A DNA stretch of 64,000 bases. It comes from an uncultured delta proteobacterium (lineage in GTDB: Bacteria; Desulfobacterota; Binatia; UBA9968). Both the position numbers and the translations under genes were made by a program. Numbering within the stretch: position 1 is the stretch's first letter; every line of letters starts with the position of its first letter. Below are positions 10,292 to 21,886 of the stretch, one piece after another. The notes below the pieces were generated by a model, which was not told the DNA's origin, did no database searches, and saw nothing but the letters and a program-made list of their open reading frames with translations. Where the stretch lies: contig CAVWLW010000033.1 in assembly GCA_963755715.1 (NCBI GenBank), positions 128,001 to 192,000 on the forward strand, in the 5' to 3' direction.

Positions 10292-10380
10292 GAGCGTCTA
10301 GCGTTCAGAGTTTGGTGTCTCGGGTTTTTTCGAAAAGTCCGGACGAACCTGAGACGCGAGACACTAGACCCAAAACACGA
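10292..10380. repeat. Degenerate heptamer tandem-repeat hairpin between convergent genes
   Basis: gcgtcta gcgttca gagtttg gtgtctc gggtttt ... gagacgc gagacac tagaccc aaaacac. Confidence 0.6.
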
Positions 10381-10758
10381 TTAATATCCCAGATCCTCGA
10401 TCTCCTCTTCGTCCATGCCGAAGTAGTGCGCGATCTCGTGCAGCACCGTCAGACGAATTTCCTCGCGCAGCTCCTCGGGATCGGGAAAATCTTCGAGCAG
10501 GGGTTCGGCAAAGATGGTGATTTTATCGGGCAACAACGGCGGATCGAGACTGGATCGGTCTGGGAGTGGGATTCCCTGGTAAATGCCATATAGAGTGTCG
10601 TGCCGCGGATCGAGCCCTTCGGCGCGCAGCAGCTCGATCGAAGGCCGTTCTTCAACGACGAATTCGACGTTCAGCAACCGCTCGCGAAACGAGCGCGGCA
10701 GGCGATCGATGACACGGCCGACTTCTTTCTTGATTTCCCGGTAATCCAACGTCCGCAA
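10381..10758 (-). CDS. Zincin_1-family minimal metallopeptidase
   Basis: LYGIYQGIPL, PDKITIF, TVLHEIAHYFG. Confidence 0.85.
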   Translation of the reverse strand: MRTLDYREIKKEVGRVIDRLPRSFRERLLNVEFVVEERPSIELLRAEGLDPRHDTLYGIYQGIPLPDRSSLDPPLLPDKITIFAEPLLEDFPDPEELREEIRLTVLHEIAHYFGMDEEEIEDLGY

Positions 10759-10769
10759 GTGTCGCGCAA

Positions 10770-12015
10770 ATGTTTTCTCGCTTCAAGCTTCTCGGGTTAT
10801 CCTTATTGACCTTGGCGGCTTTAATATTTTTCGGCTGTGCAGGTCCTCTGACTCCCGGGCCGATGACGGCTCCATCAGAGCCGGCGCGCTTTGGCGACGA
10901 TCTCGATGCCGATTCATTGCGCACGGCGGTGCGTTACAGCCTCGAGTATCTGCAAAAATTGCCGCCGGATCACGTCGTCGGCGTGCAGCCGCGTCGCTTT
11001 ACCGCACAGGAGATCATCGCTTCGCTCCAGGCCTTTGAGGAACTGCTCGATGATTGGCGCTGCGCGGCCTGCTTTTCCCGGCAATTGTCACGCCCGCTTC
11101 GACTTGGTGCCGTCGAGCGCCGATTCAGAGTTTTCACAGGTTTTGTTCACGGGATATTACCAGCCCGTGATCGACGGTAGTCTCGTGCCGACGGAAAAGT
11201 TCCGTTATCCGCTGTACGGCCGGCCGGCGGATCTCATCACTGCCGAACAGGTGACGCTCAATGGGCCCGCGAAAGTCGAGAAAGTTGTCGGGCGCGCCGA
11301 GGGTGAGCAGTTTTTGCCGTACTACACGCGCCGAGAGATCGATGAGGTGGGGTTGCTGCGCGGGCGCGGTCTCGAAATCGCGTGGGTGGCCGATCCGGTG
11401 GAGCTTTTTTTTCTGCACATTCAAGGCTCCGGGATTATTCGTTTGGCTGACGGCCGCCAATTGAGCGTCGGCTATGCAGCGCAAAACGGCTGGCCCTACC
11501 GCAGCATTGGCCGGCTGCTTATCGACGGCGGCAAAATTGCCAAGGAAGAGATGTCGATGCAACGCCTGCGCCGCTACCTGAGTGACAATCCTCGAGAGCA
11601 AAGCGATATTCTAAATTACAACGAAAGTTATGTTTTCTTTCGCGTGAACCAGGCGGGAGCGCTGGGCAGTCTCGAGGTGCCGGTCACCGCGGGTCGTTCG
11701 ATCGCGACCGACTCGCGATTGTTTCCCAAGGGCGCGCTCGCGCTGATTCAAACAGAAATCCCTGTGATCGATAGCGCGGGTCGATTGGCGGGCTGGCGGC
11801 CAATGACACGTTTTGCGCTCAATCAAGATACCGGCGGCGCGATTCGCGGTTTGCAGCGCGCGGACATCTATTTCGGCACGGGAAGCCAAGCGGAGGGTTT
11901 GGCAGGCTATATGAACCACCAGGGGAAGATGTTCTTCTTGATATTGAAGCAGGAGCAAACAGATTCCAGTGGCCGCGCGAATGACATGGACCGGGAGACG
12001 AAAAGCGATCGGTAA
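10770..12015 (+). CDS. mltA: Membrane-bound lytic murein transglycosylase A lipoprotein, frameshift ~11090
   Basis: Lipobox IFFGC; LFTGYYQP, FFLHIQGSG, NESYVFF, RSIATD, QDTGGAIRG..RADIYFG. Confidence 0.88.
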
Positions 12016-12108
12016 AACTTCGCTTTCATTTACGTCTACCGCCTGCGATCTTTATTCCCGCGCGCACTTGAGCCATACTTTGAATAATTTACGGATGACA
12101 TCCTCGAC

Positions 12109-12981
12109 ATGACGCGGCATACCGAAACGCGAAGGTTGCAGTGGGCATTGGCGATCAGCTCGATGTATTTTTTCGCCGAGTTGATCGCCGGCTTTCTCAC
12201 CAACAGTCTCGCCTTGCTGTCCGATGCCGGCCATATGCTGTCGGATATCGGCGCGCTCAGTCTCAGCTTATTCGCCTTTCGCATGGCGCGGCGTCCGGCG
12301 ACGCTGCACAGCACCTACGGTTACCACCGGATCGAGATCCTCGCGGCGCTTTTCAACGGCCTGACTTTGTGGTTGATCGTCGGCATCATTTTCGCCGCGG
12401 CCTACAGCCGGCTATCGCATCCGCCGGAGATCGCAAGCTTCGGCATGATGGTGGTGGCGATCCTGGGCCTGCTCGTGAATCTTGCCGCGGCGATGATTCT
12501 CCACGGCGGACACCATCACAACCTAAATCTGCGCGGCGCTTTTTTGCACGTGGTGAGCGACGCCGTGGGTTCGGTGGGCGCGATCGTCGCCGGTGTGATC
12601 ATGTTGACGACCGGCTGGTATCTCGCCGATCCGGTCATCAGTATTTTTATCAGCGTGTTGATTTTGTTTTCGTCTTGGAGCTTGGTGAAAGATTCGCTCA
12701 GTGTGCTGATGCAGACCGTGCCGAAAGGTATCCGTCTCGAAGACGTGCGCCGAACGATCGAAGCGGTGGATGGCGTTAGCGCCGTCCACGACTTGCACAT
12801 TTGGGCAGTTACCTCCGATATTTTTACATTGAGCGCCCACGCGGTGGTGGCCAACGGCGGGGATTTTCATGAGGTTTTGAACGGCATCGAAGATACCTTG
12901 AAGGTACAGTTCAATATCGAGCACACCACGATCCAACTCGAAATCGAAAGCCGGGAGGAAAAAGAGTTCAAAGCTTTTTGA
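12109..12981 (+). CDS. czcD: Cation diffusion facilitator (CzcD/ZitB-type Zn/Co/Cd efflux)
   Basis: NSLALLSDAGHMLSD, TYGYHRIEIL, NLRGAFLHVVSD, VHDLHIW, HTTIQLE. Confidence 0.88.
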   Translation: MTRHTETRRLQWALAISSMYFFAELIAGFLTNSLALLSDAGHMLSDIGALSLSLFAFRMARRPATLHSTYGYHRIEILAALFNGLTLWLIVGIIFAAAYSRLSHPPEIASFGMMVVAILGLLVNLAAAMILHGGHHHNLNLRGAFLHVVSDAVGSVGAIVAGVIMLTTGWYLADPVISIFISVLILFSSWSLVKDSLSVLMQTVPKGIRLEDVRRTIEAVDGVSAVHDLHIWAVTSDIFTLSAHAVVANGGDFHEVLNGIEDTLKVQFNIEHTTIQLEIESREEKEFKAF

Positions 12982-13017
12982 CGCCTGCCGGGTTTTTTGT
13001 ATTCCGGAATATCGTTT

Positions 13018-14190
13018 ATGAAACGACGAACTGTCATAGTCGCGGTTTTCGCCGCGGTGTTTGTTTTGGGCATGGGCTATTCGCTTTGGAACTACGCCGC
13101 CAATCGGGATTCATTCATGATTTCGGGCGTCATCGAAGCGGATGACATCCACGTCGGCTCGAGACTCGGCGGCCGGGTGCTCAAAGTGGTCGCGCGCGAA
13201 GGCGAGACCGTCAAAGCTGGCGAGCCGATGGTGCTTTTAGAACCCGATGAGCTTAATGCTTCGCTGGCCGAGGCCGAGGCCAATCTACGCCAAATGGAAG
13301 CTAAGTATGCGCTGCTCAACGCCGGCTATCGTACCGAAGAAATTGAACAGGCCGAAGCCGCGGCGAAGCAAGCGCAAGCCGAGCTCAATCATTTGATCTC
13401 CGCGCCGCGCCGTCAAGAGCTCGACCAAGCGGCGGCGGATTGGGCGGCAGCGAAAATTTCGGCGGAGAACTCGGACAAAACGGCCGAACTTATGAAAGAC
13501 CTCAGTAAACGCCATCTCATCGCCAAGCGAGAGGCTGAGGACGCCGCCGCGAAAGCGGAAGAAGCCGAACAAAAGGTGAAGACGCTGCGGCAGCGCTACG
13601 ATCAGCTGCTGGCGGGGACAGGTCCGGAAGAAATAGCGCGCATGAAACAACGGGTTGCGGAAACCGGCGCCCGGCTGCGCCAATTGCGCGCCGGCTACCG
13701 CAAGGAAGAAATCGCTCAGGCGAAATCGGCGCTGGAGGCGGCGCGCGCGAAAGTGCGGCTGCGCCGCGCCGAGCTGGATGAAACCGTCATCAAGGCGCCC
13801 GCCGACGCTCTGGTGGAAACCCTCGATCTCGAATCCGGCGATCTCGTCGCGGCCGGCAAACCGATCGCCACCTTGCTGCGCACCGGCAGCTTGTGGATAC
13901 GCGCTTATCTACCAGAGGCGCGCTTACGGTTTGTCCAAGCCGGCGACAAAGTGAATATTCGCGTCGATTCTTTTCCCGATAGGTCTTTCAGCGGTGTTGT
14001 GCGCCGGATTCAGCGCCAAGGTGAAGTTGAGCCGGCGAAGGCGCAGAGTCCTGAAGAGCGCGTGGCGCAGGTATTTCCAACTGAGATTGTGATTGACGAT
14101 CCCGATCACTTGCTTCGACCAGGCATGAGTGCCGACATAGCGATTTCAAAGGCCACCGTTCGAAGCCAAGCTCAAGTCCGGCAAATCTGA
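13018..14190 (+). CDS. HlyD-family membrane fusion (periplasmic adaptor) protein
   Basis: N-terminal TM; SRLGGRV..EGETVKAG lipoyl half; long coiled coil; IKAP; LRPGMSAD. Confidence 0.85.
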   Translation: MKRRTVIVAVFAAVFVLGMGYSLWNYAANRDSFMISGVIEADDIHVGSRLGGRVLKVVAREGETVKAGEPMVLLEPDELNASLAEAEANLRQMEAKYALLNAGYRTEEIEQAEAAAKQAQAELNHLISAPRRQELDQAAADWAAAKISAENSDKTAELMKDLSKRHLIAKREAEDAAAKAEEAEQKVKTLRQRYDQLLAGTGPEEIARMKQRVAETGARLRQLRAGYRKEEIAQAKSALEAARAKVRLRRAELDETVIKAPADALVETLDLESGDLVAAGKPIATLLRTGSLWIRAYLPEARLRFVQAGDKVNIRVDSFPDRSFSGVVRRIQRQGEVEPAKAQSPEERVAQVFPTEIVIDDPDHLLRPGMSADIAISKATVRSQAQVRQI

Positions 14191-14267
14191 AAGCGTTGAG
14201 CGCTTATCTGGCGCTTGCACCCGAGAGAAAATTTACTGTTTCGTGGTTTTTTGAGCGCGCGTTGGGC

Positions 14268-15497
14268 TCAAGATACGCTGGGACTCGAAACCACTCGTTG
14301 ACCGCGCGGCAGCAAGCAGGCCATCAAACCGACGCTGATGAACGAGAGGATGCCCAGCAGCCAGAAAATCGTCGGCAATTCGGCGCTGACCAGCATCAAG
14401 CCGACGATCGACGTGGATGTGGTTTTGGACACCTGTTGGATCAAGCGGTCGCACGACACGATGCCACCGCGCAGCTCGGCCGGGGCATTTTGCGTGAGCA
14501 GACTTTTCTGCATCGGCGAGATCACGCCATTGGCGAGTCCGTAAAAAAACAGTGCGGCGCCGACCAACCACACGCCATGGACGAAAGGAACGGCGAGCAC
14601 CGCGCCGCCGCTGACGAGGAAAGCAAGAAACAAGATATTCGCTTTATCTCGGCCCGCGGCGATGCGCCCGGCTTGACTCGAAGTCAGCATCGCGCCGATC
14701 GAAAAAAAGATATAAAGCAATCCCGCCGTCGCCGTCGAAACATTTTGCGTGCGCACGAGAAACAGCGGAAAGTAAGTGAGAAAACCGTAGTCGAGAAAGA
14801 AGCGCAGAAAACCCGCCGAGAACGCGATGACCAGCCGCGGATGGCGCGCCAGCCGGAGCATGTCGCCGAGATACGCCATAGTCTTTTCGCCGGACTTGCC
14901 CTTCGTTTCGGGCATCCAAACTAAAGCGATGAGGCCGACGGGGACGGCGAGAATGTAGCAGGCAAAAGGCCAAAACCATGCGATCGTGGCAAGCAAGCCG
15001 CCGAGCGGTGGAAAAATGAAATAACCGATGCGGTCGAGAAAAACTTTCAGTCCCTGGCCGCTGATTTCATTATCGCCTTCCAGCAAATCGCCGATCAACA
15101 CGATCGTCAGCGGAATAACCGCGCTGAAGCCGACGCCCTGAAGCGACCTGAAAACCAGCAGCCAGCCGAAGGTCGGCGCGAACGCCATCGCCGCGCCAAA
15201 TATGCCGAAGGCGATTAGCCCCAAGCCCAGCAGCAGGCGCCGTCCGTACAAGTCGGCGATGACGCCGAAAATCGGCGAGAGCACGATCGCCGGCGCGGTA
15301 AACAACGTCATGATCCACGAAAGCTGGGCGTCGGTAATGCCGAAAGGCTGGCTGAGCGCTGGCAAGGCCGGCTGGATAAAATTGACGCCCATCATGAGCG
15401 TGATGCTCGCGGCGTAGACGATGCTCAAGGCGCGCGCCTTTGCCGGTGCGAGCGTTTCCATGCCGAACAATGCCGTTAACGAAGTCATTCGCCGCAA
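14268..15497 (-). CDS. MFS transporter
   Basis: GVIADLYGRR motif A, about 12 hydrophobic segments. Confidence 0.88.
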   Translation of the reverse strand: MRRMTSLTALFGMETLAPAKARALSIVYAASITLMMGVNFIQPALPALSQPFGITDAQLSWIMTLFTAPAIVLSPIFGVIADLYGRRLLLGLGLIAFGIFGAAMAFAPTFGWLLVFRSLQGVGFSAVIPLTIVLIGDLLEGDNEISGQGLKVFLDRIGYFIFPPLGGLLATIAWFWPFACYILAVPVGLIALVWMPETKGKSGEKTMAYLGDMLRLARHPRLVIAFSAGFLRFFLDYGFLTYFPLFLVRTQNVSTATAGLLYIFFSIGAMLTSSQAGRIAAGRDKANILFLAFLVSGGAVLAVPFVHGVWLVGAALFFYGLANGVISPMQKSLLTQNAPAELRGGIVSCDRLIQQVSKTTSTSIVGLMLVSAELPTIFWLLGILSFISVGLMACLLPRGQRVVSSPSVS

Positions 15498-15686
15498 ACT
15501 AATTCAATCGGTCATGCCAGTCAAATCTCGGTTCTGTCGCCGCGAGTAAGCGCGCGCCGATTTTTCATCGCGCGCAGTACGCATCGCCGGAGATACAGAT
15601 GTCAAGTTTATCGACTGGTGAGCGTGGGGCGAGCGTGATATGGAGAAGCGCAGTCAGGGCAAATTTTTCAACGCAAGGAGCTTGTG

Positions 15687-17117
15687 ATGGGCCAAGACAT
15701 GCGCACATGGATCGATCGATTGGACAGGGCCGGGTTGCTCGCCAGAATCAGCAAACCGGTCGATCCGCGCACGCAGATGGGCGCGCTGCTCTGGCAGGCG
15801 CGCGATCGGGCGCTATTATTTGAGAACCTGCCGGATTATCCAGGCTGGCGTTGTTTGGGGCAGGCGCCGGGCGATGTGTCGCTCGCGCCCGTCGCGTTCG
15901 ATACGCCGCGTGAGGAGATGATCCCGGAATTCGTGCGGCGGACAGAGAAGCTCGGGACGACGCGCCTGGTCGAGACCGGTCCGGTTCAACAAAAAGTTCT
16001 GATCGGCGACGAAGTCGACATCACTCGAATGCCGATCCATCAGGCGGGCATTCGCGACGGCGGACCGTTTATCGGCTCCGGTTTGATGATCACCAAAAAC
16101 CCGCAAACCGGACAGCGCAACCTGAGCTTTCATCGTCTGCAAATGAAGGGACCGAAAAAGACCGGGATACTTTTATATCCGCGCCACGCCTGGACCAACT
16201 ACCAAATGTACGAAGCGCAGGATAAGCCGATGCCCGTGGCGATCATGATCGGTCATCATCCGATGTATTATTTCGCGGCCGCGACCACGACCCAATACGG
16301 CGTGGACGAGCTGGAGATCGCCTCGGCGCTGCTGCAGGAGGATGTCGAATTGGTGAAATGCCGCACCGTCGATCTGGAAGTGCCGGCGTTCGCGGAGATC
16401 ATTCTCGAAGGGGAAATTCCGCCCAAAGTGAGAGAGCCGGAAGGGCCGTTCAGCGAGTTTCAGGATTATTATTTAACCGGTTCGGGCATGAATCCGATCG
16501 TTAATATTAAAGCAATCACCATGCGCGCCGATGCGATTTTCAAAAACGTCCAAAACGGCACGGAGGTCGAAGGCTGCGTTTATCATAAGGTGCCCATGTC
16601 GGCGCAGATCCTGCGCCGCGCGCGCAACGTCGGCGGCTCGGCCGATGTCAGGAACGTTTTAGTGATGCCGGGGATTTTCGGCGTCGTGGTGCAGATGAAG
16701 CCGCGCTATTACGGCGAGGCGAAAAACGTCTTGATGTCGGTGTTATCGAGCGAGTACCAACATCCGAAAATAGCCATTGCCGTCGATGTCGACGTCGATA
16801 TCTTCAACTACGCGGAAGTGCTCTGGTCGATCAATACGCGCGTCAACCCCGCAGAGGATATCACCGTTATTCCCGGATCAAAGATACACGCGATGGATCC
16901 GTCCTGTCCCGAGTTCGGCCATCCGGGCGCGCCGGGCTGGCACCGTATCGGCGGCAAGATGATGATCGATGCGACCAAGCCGCCGGAGTGCGATGGCAAG
17001 CGCCGCGATGAATTCGAACGGCTCCGTCCGGTGGGCTGGGAAACGATCGATTTGGCGGACTATCTGCCGGCGGGCTCGCCGCCGCTCAGAATTAAACCGA
17101 AGATACCGATGGGATAA
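15687..17117 (+). CDS. UbiD-family prFMN-dependent (de)carboxylase
   Basis: DGGPFI, NLSFHRLQ, VPAFAEIILEG, EPEGPFSEF, VDVDVDI, IDATKP. Confidence 0.88.
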   Translation: MGQDMRTWIDRLDRAGLLARISKPVDPRTQMGALLWQARDRALLFENLPDYPGWRCLGQAPGDVSLAPVAFDTPREEMIPEFVRRTEKLGTTRLVETGPVQQKVLIGDEVDITRMPIHQAGIRDGGPFIGSGLMITKNPQTGQRNLSFHRLQMKGPKKTGILLYPRHAWTNYQMYEAQDKPMPVAIMIGHHPMYYFAAATTTQYGVDELEIASALLQEDVELVKCRTVDLEVPAFAEIILEGEIPPKVREPEGPFSEFQDYYLTGSGMNPIVNIKAITMRADAIFKNVQNGTEVEGCVYHKVPMSAQILRRARNVGGSADVRNVLVMPGIFGVVVQMKPRYYGEAKNVLMSVLSSEYQHPKIAIAVDVDVDIFNYAEVLWSINTRVNPAEDITVIPGSKIHAMDPSCPEFGHPGAPGWHRIGGKMMIDATKPPECDGKRRDEFERLRPVGWETIDLADYLPAGSPPLRIKPKIPMG

Positions 17118-17121
17118 AAGA

Positions 17122-17178
17122 TGGTTCAGGGTTCACGGGTTCAAAAGTTCAAGGGATGATCAATTAAACCGTGGAACG
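17122..17178. repeat. Short GTTCA-unit tandem repeat with partial inverse, between convergent genes
   Basis: ggttcag ggttcacg ggttcaaa agttcaag ... ttaaacc gtggaac. Confidence 0.5.
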
Positions 17179-17197
17179 ACTTCGCGGTGGTGCTACG

Positions 17198-17443
17198 TTA
17201 TTCCTCAGGTTCGCCGAAATAATCTCGCACGATTCTTTCTTTGATGTATTCTAAAGCGCCCAAATCTTGAATGATGTCACCGCCGGTATCATAGAAGAAA
17301 ATATCGCCTTTGTGATTTCTGCCGATGGCGACGAGCCATTCCAATTCGTCTCGATCTTCTAATAAGTAATTGATCGCTTGATTAGCCCCTTTGCTGGCGA
17401 TGATGGTGACTTTGGGGTTGGCGTTTTTTCTTGCCTGGGTCAT
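17198..17443 (-). CDS. Small hypothetical protein (81 aa)
   Basis: RBS AGGAGG upstream; protein-like composition; no recognised motif. Confidence 0.65.
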   Translation of the reverse strand: MTQARKNANPKVTIIASKGANQAINYLLEDRDELEWLVAIGRNHKGDIFFYDTGGDIIQDLGALEYIKERIVRDYFGEPEE

Positions 17444-17554
17444 GGAAGAAGCCTCCTGAATGCAATCGGAGTCTATAACAGAAGAGCCGACGCTACAACT
17501 TGGCTGGAAATCGTCCGAAAACCGCCGCGCGCTCTGGTCGACCGATTGGCGAGT

Positions 17555-20500
17555 TTATTTCATTGCAAAATCGACGCGGTTCGGCCGGCCTTTGAGCTTG
17601 GCTCGCTCTTCGTTGCTAAGCGGCTTGCCGGCGACGACAAACAGGCGATCGGCGCCGACTTGGCCGGTGGCGAGGAGCGCGTCGCGCACGGTTTGAGCGC
17701 GCTGCGTGGAGAGTTGACGCAGGTCATCGTCGCTGACTTTTGCGTACTGCATCATCAGCTTTTCCATCTCCGGAACCGGCAGATTTTGCGCTAAGCCGAT
17801 GGCGTTGCGCGGTTTGGGAAAACTCTCCTCGCCGTAAGCGGTCTTCAAATACTGTTCATATTCGCCTTTGTCGATTTGGACTTCGTCGACCGAACGCGGC
17901 GCTTGGCCTTTGCGCGCCAAGTCTTTCAGTTTCTGCGCTTTGACCTTGCGCTCGATGCCGACCCGCTTTAAGCCATCGAGGTCGCTAATCGGATCGACGC
18001 GGCCAATGATCTCCAGGTTGAGACTGGGACGATTGTTCAAAGCTTTGGCTAGTGTCGCGATTTTGTCGCGGTCCGGCTGCATCGAGGCTGGCCCGGCCAT
18101 TGGCGAATTCGATATAGCTCAACTCCTCGCCGCTGCCACCGCCGCCGAAGGCCGATGCGATCAGCGAGAACGGCGCGGTCACGGCTTTGGTAATGAGATT
18201 GATGACAATCCGCAAAACAAGACCGCCGACGCTGAATTGCGGATCGTCGAGGGAGCCACTGATCGGCAGATCGACATCGATGACGCCGTTGCGATCTTTC
18301 AACAGGGCGACCGCGAGCAGCACGGGTAGCTTCGTGGCGGTCGGACTTTCGATTTTTTCGCCGAAAGTGAGTTGGTTGAGAATGATCTTGTTTTCGGCGG
18401 TGAGCTTGCGGTTGTCCAGCTTGTACTTGACGTTAAACGACAGTTTGCCTTTTTCGATGCCGTAACCGACGTATTTCGCGGAGTAGGGCGTCATGGGGCT
18501 CAATTCGATTTCCCGCGCATCGGCGACGATGTCGAGGAAGAGCTCTTTGGAGAGCGGGTTGAGCTTGCCTTTAATGTCCACGGGCGCGGATTCGTCGAGT
18601 TTGGCTTTGAGATCGATATCTCCCGGTGTCTCCGGTTTCAGCTCGGAAATGGCGCCTTCGACGCTGGTGAGGTTGGCGGAGTAATTGGGCTTGACGAAGA
18701 AATCGCTAAAGTGGATGTTGCCGCTCTGAAGATTGATCTTGCCGATGCTGATCGCTTTGGGAGCGGCGCTATTCTCGACGGGCGGCACTGGTTTTTCCTC
18801 CGCCTTCGCCGGCGCGGCCGGCTCTTCTTTTTTCTCTTCCGGTTGGGCGGTTAACTTTTGCAAGTTCATTTTACCGTCGGCGCCGAGGATCAGGCGCGAG
18901 TAGAAATCCGCCAGCGTGATCTCGCCGATGCGCAATTGAAAAGGCTCCAGATCGAATTGAATCGCGTCGAGCGCCAAGGATTTCCACTTGAGCAGGTCCT
19001 GGGTGTCGTTCTTTTCGACGCTGCCGAAGTCCGCGACGCGCACGCTGCCTTGGTAATTGACCCGCATGCCGCCGTCGGCCGCCGTGTTAAGCGACAGCTC
19101 GCCTTTGGAGCCGATTTGGCCGCCGGTGAGCGATAAATTCACTTTGTCGCCCATGTAATTTTGAAAAGGAAGCAACTCGATGTCCTGGCCGTCCACGGTG
19201 AACTTGGCGTTCAATGGATTCACAGTCGCCGTGCCGACCAGACGCAAGAGCCCTTTGTTATTGATTCTGGTTCTGATCGTCGCCTTGCCTCGCTGATTTT
19301 TTGCCGTGGAGAAATTCTCGCCGTGAAGGGAAATTTCCGAGAGAGTCGTCTTTGCGCCGGCCGCCGTTCCGCGATCCTCGAAATCGATCTTGAAGCGGTC
19401 GAGAGCGATTTTTTTTGCGTCGACTCTCCAGTCGCCGTCGTTCTTTCTTCGCTGGTTGAGCAGGCGCGGCGGCCGGACTTTGAGGCTTTGTGATGCGGGC
19501 GAGATTGATCGTGCCGTCGGCGTCGCGTTGTATATAGCCGTTACCTTCTTTGCCTTCGATGCCACCAATGACTAGGTTTTTTTACCGACGTCCACTGCGA
19601 CGTCCGTCACCGCCAATGAAGCGATGCGCCAGAGCGGTGCGGGCTGTCCGGCGAGATCGAGGCGAAAGGCGCGCAGAGTGGCGTTCAAATCCGTAAGCTT
19701 GATTTCGTTCGCTTCGTCGCCAGCCGCGAAACTGTATTGTGTGGAGATATCGAGGGCTCCATCTTTCACCTCCGCCGCCAGCGCAGTTTCGTAATAGGGA
19801 CGCAGCGCGCCGATTTTAAGACCTTCGACGTCGAGTTTTCCCTCGGCCAGCAGCGGCGCGATTTGCAAGGTGCCGCTATGAGTGAGTTTTTCTTTACTGT
19901 CGGATTCGAAAGCAAGCTCGACGTTGGCCTTCTTGCCCGTCTGATTGGTGAGACCCGTGACCTTGAAGTTAACGTTGTCGAGGCGCGTCTTGTAGGGATG
20001 TTGGGGCCCTTCGTCGTCGATATAAATCATCGCCGACTCCAAGGCGATCTCCCCGACCGAATAGGCCAGAGGCTTACCTTCTTCTTTTTTTGCCTCCGCG
20101 GCGTCGGTTTTCACCGGCGTCGACGCCGCGACCAGGTTGGTCAGATTGAGACTGCCGTCCTTGGCGCGGTTCAGATGCAGCTCGAGACCCTGCGATTTGA
20201 CCGACTTGAGCGCGATCGTGTTGGTGAAAACTTCGATGGCGTCGATCAGAACGTCGAAGCTCGGCAGCTTGACCAATGGCGCGCCGCCGGTTTGCTGCAT
20301 ATCAAGATCCGTCAAGCCGAGATTACCGCCTATGGAGAGCACCGACGGATTATTTTTGGATGCTCTGAAACTGGCTGTTAGCTTGCCGTGCAGTTGACCG
20401 GACGGCACTGTGAAGTTCAATTTTACCGGCGAGTATTCGAGATACTTGGCGATTTCCAGTTTGTCGATATTGATATTGAAAGTGCTGTCCCGGGAATCTT

Positions 20501-21167
20501 TGAACGGGGTGGTGTCGCCGCCTAAGTGCAAAGGTGCGCCATTGATCACCGCGGCAAATTCCGGTTTGACTTTGATATCGACGTAGGAGGGCAAGCTCGA
20601 GATAAACGGCACGCCGAGCTTGATCTGAGTCACGCTGTGTTTGGTCTGTTCCGGGCGGTCGTCGAAGTCGATTTTTCCGTCGACGATCTCGATGTTGTTG
20701 AGCGAGAACCGTGGCGTCGGCCCGGGAGGGCCGGAAGTGAATTCCTCGATCAGATCCTGAAAGTTGTATTTCCGGTCATCGTTGCGAATCACGCTGATAT
20801 AAGGCTTTGCGATCTGCAGCGCTTTGATCACGGGAGCCAAACGAAAGATCGATTGCAGCTCCAGGTTGACGTAAAGCTCGTCGAAGGAGACGGCGGGCGA
20901 CGCGCTTTGGCGCTCCTTCATCAGAAAGCCGCGCACCGTCAGGCTCAGCGCGTAGGGGTTGATCTTGATTTGCTCGATCGAAACCTGGCGATGAAATTTG
21001 TCGGAAAGCGCGCTGGCGACTTTGCCGCGTATCAGCGGCGGGGCGACAAGCCCGAATAGCACGCCAATGGCGATAAAGATGCAAACCACCCAAATTGCAA
21101 TCTTTCGAGTGCGCGGATGACGCGCTATCCCCTTGGCTTGATCGCGGATCTCGCTGATCTTCATCAC
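17555..21167 (-). CDS. DUF748/AsmA-like envelope-spanning protein with C-terminal OmpA-like region, broken by indels (~19570, ~19450, ~18095)
   Basis: N-terminal TM; INPYALSL, FDELYVNL repeats; PYSAKYVGYGIEKGKL, LLKDRNGVIDVDLPISGSLDDPQF; C-terminal RVDF. Confidence 0.8.
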
Positions 21168-21276
21168 GGCTATCTGGATGGATTTTAGTTCGGCCCGATC
21201 TTAGCGCAGGGTTGGTTGCTTGTCCATGACAAGAACGGCAACCGCTGAAGTTACAACGGCGTGAAAGAATTTTATG

Positions 21277-21723
21277 CTATCGATCTTCCGCCGCTTGAAT
21301 CGCCTCGAGCAAAGCAAGATAGGTGGCGGGAAGTTTCCAGTGTCTCGCGCCTTCGAGAATGAGACTTTTATATTCGGCGTTGGACCGCGGAACGTTCGTT
21401 TCTATCTCGGCGACGTAGATCAAAACTACCAACGGCTGTGCCCCATCGCCGAGCGCATAAACCGGCATCAGCTCGCGACGATAACCATCCTCAAAACTAT
21501 CGAGCGTCACCAAATCGGCTTCATTGACATCGTAAACGATGCCGCAAACCTCTTTCCCTTGCGCCGGAAAAACATTGGCAGTGCCGCAGTTGCGCAAGCG
21601 CGAATGGCGCGTGATGCCGAACTCGTAATTGGCGAGCCGTGCGACGCAGACAAACTGCGCTGAGGGACAACGCCGCTGCATCTGTGGCCAGTTCATATTC
21701 GAGCCGTAAGCAAAGTAATACAA
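21277..21723 (-). CDS. Gamma-glutamylcyclotransferase (AIG2-like) family protein
   Basis: YFAYGSNM, LDSFEDGY, GARHWKLP; the upstream part of the 264-aa ORF overlaps mlaC and is probably non-coding. Confidence 0.82.
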   Translation of the reverse strand: MYYFAYGSNMNWPQMQRRCPSAQFVCVARLANYEFGITRHSRLRNCGTANVFPAQGKEVCGIVYDVNEADLVTLDSFEDGYRRELMPVYALGDGAQPLVVLIYVAEIETNVPRSNAEYKSLILEGARHWKLPATYLALLEAIQAAEDR

Positions 21724-21886
21724 AGGGATCTGCCTCGTGATGAACGTCTTATAGTAAGAAAAGCGCTTACCGGCTACAAGCATTCCGCAGTAAATCTCCA
21801 ACCTGCCAAATCGGGTTAAATCGCGTTTGCTTGTATCTACAAGAAAAGTTAAGATATGAACGATTTTGTTGTTTAGGGGAGAAATT

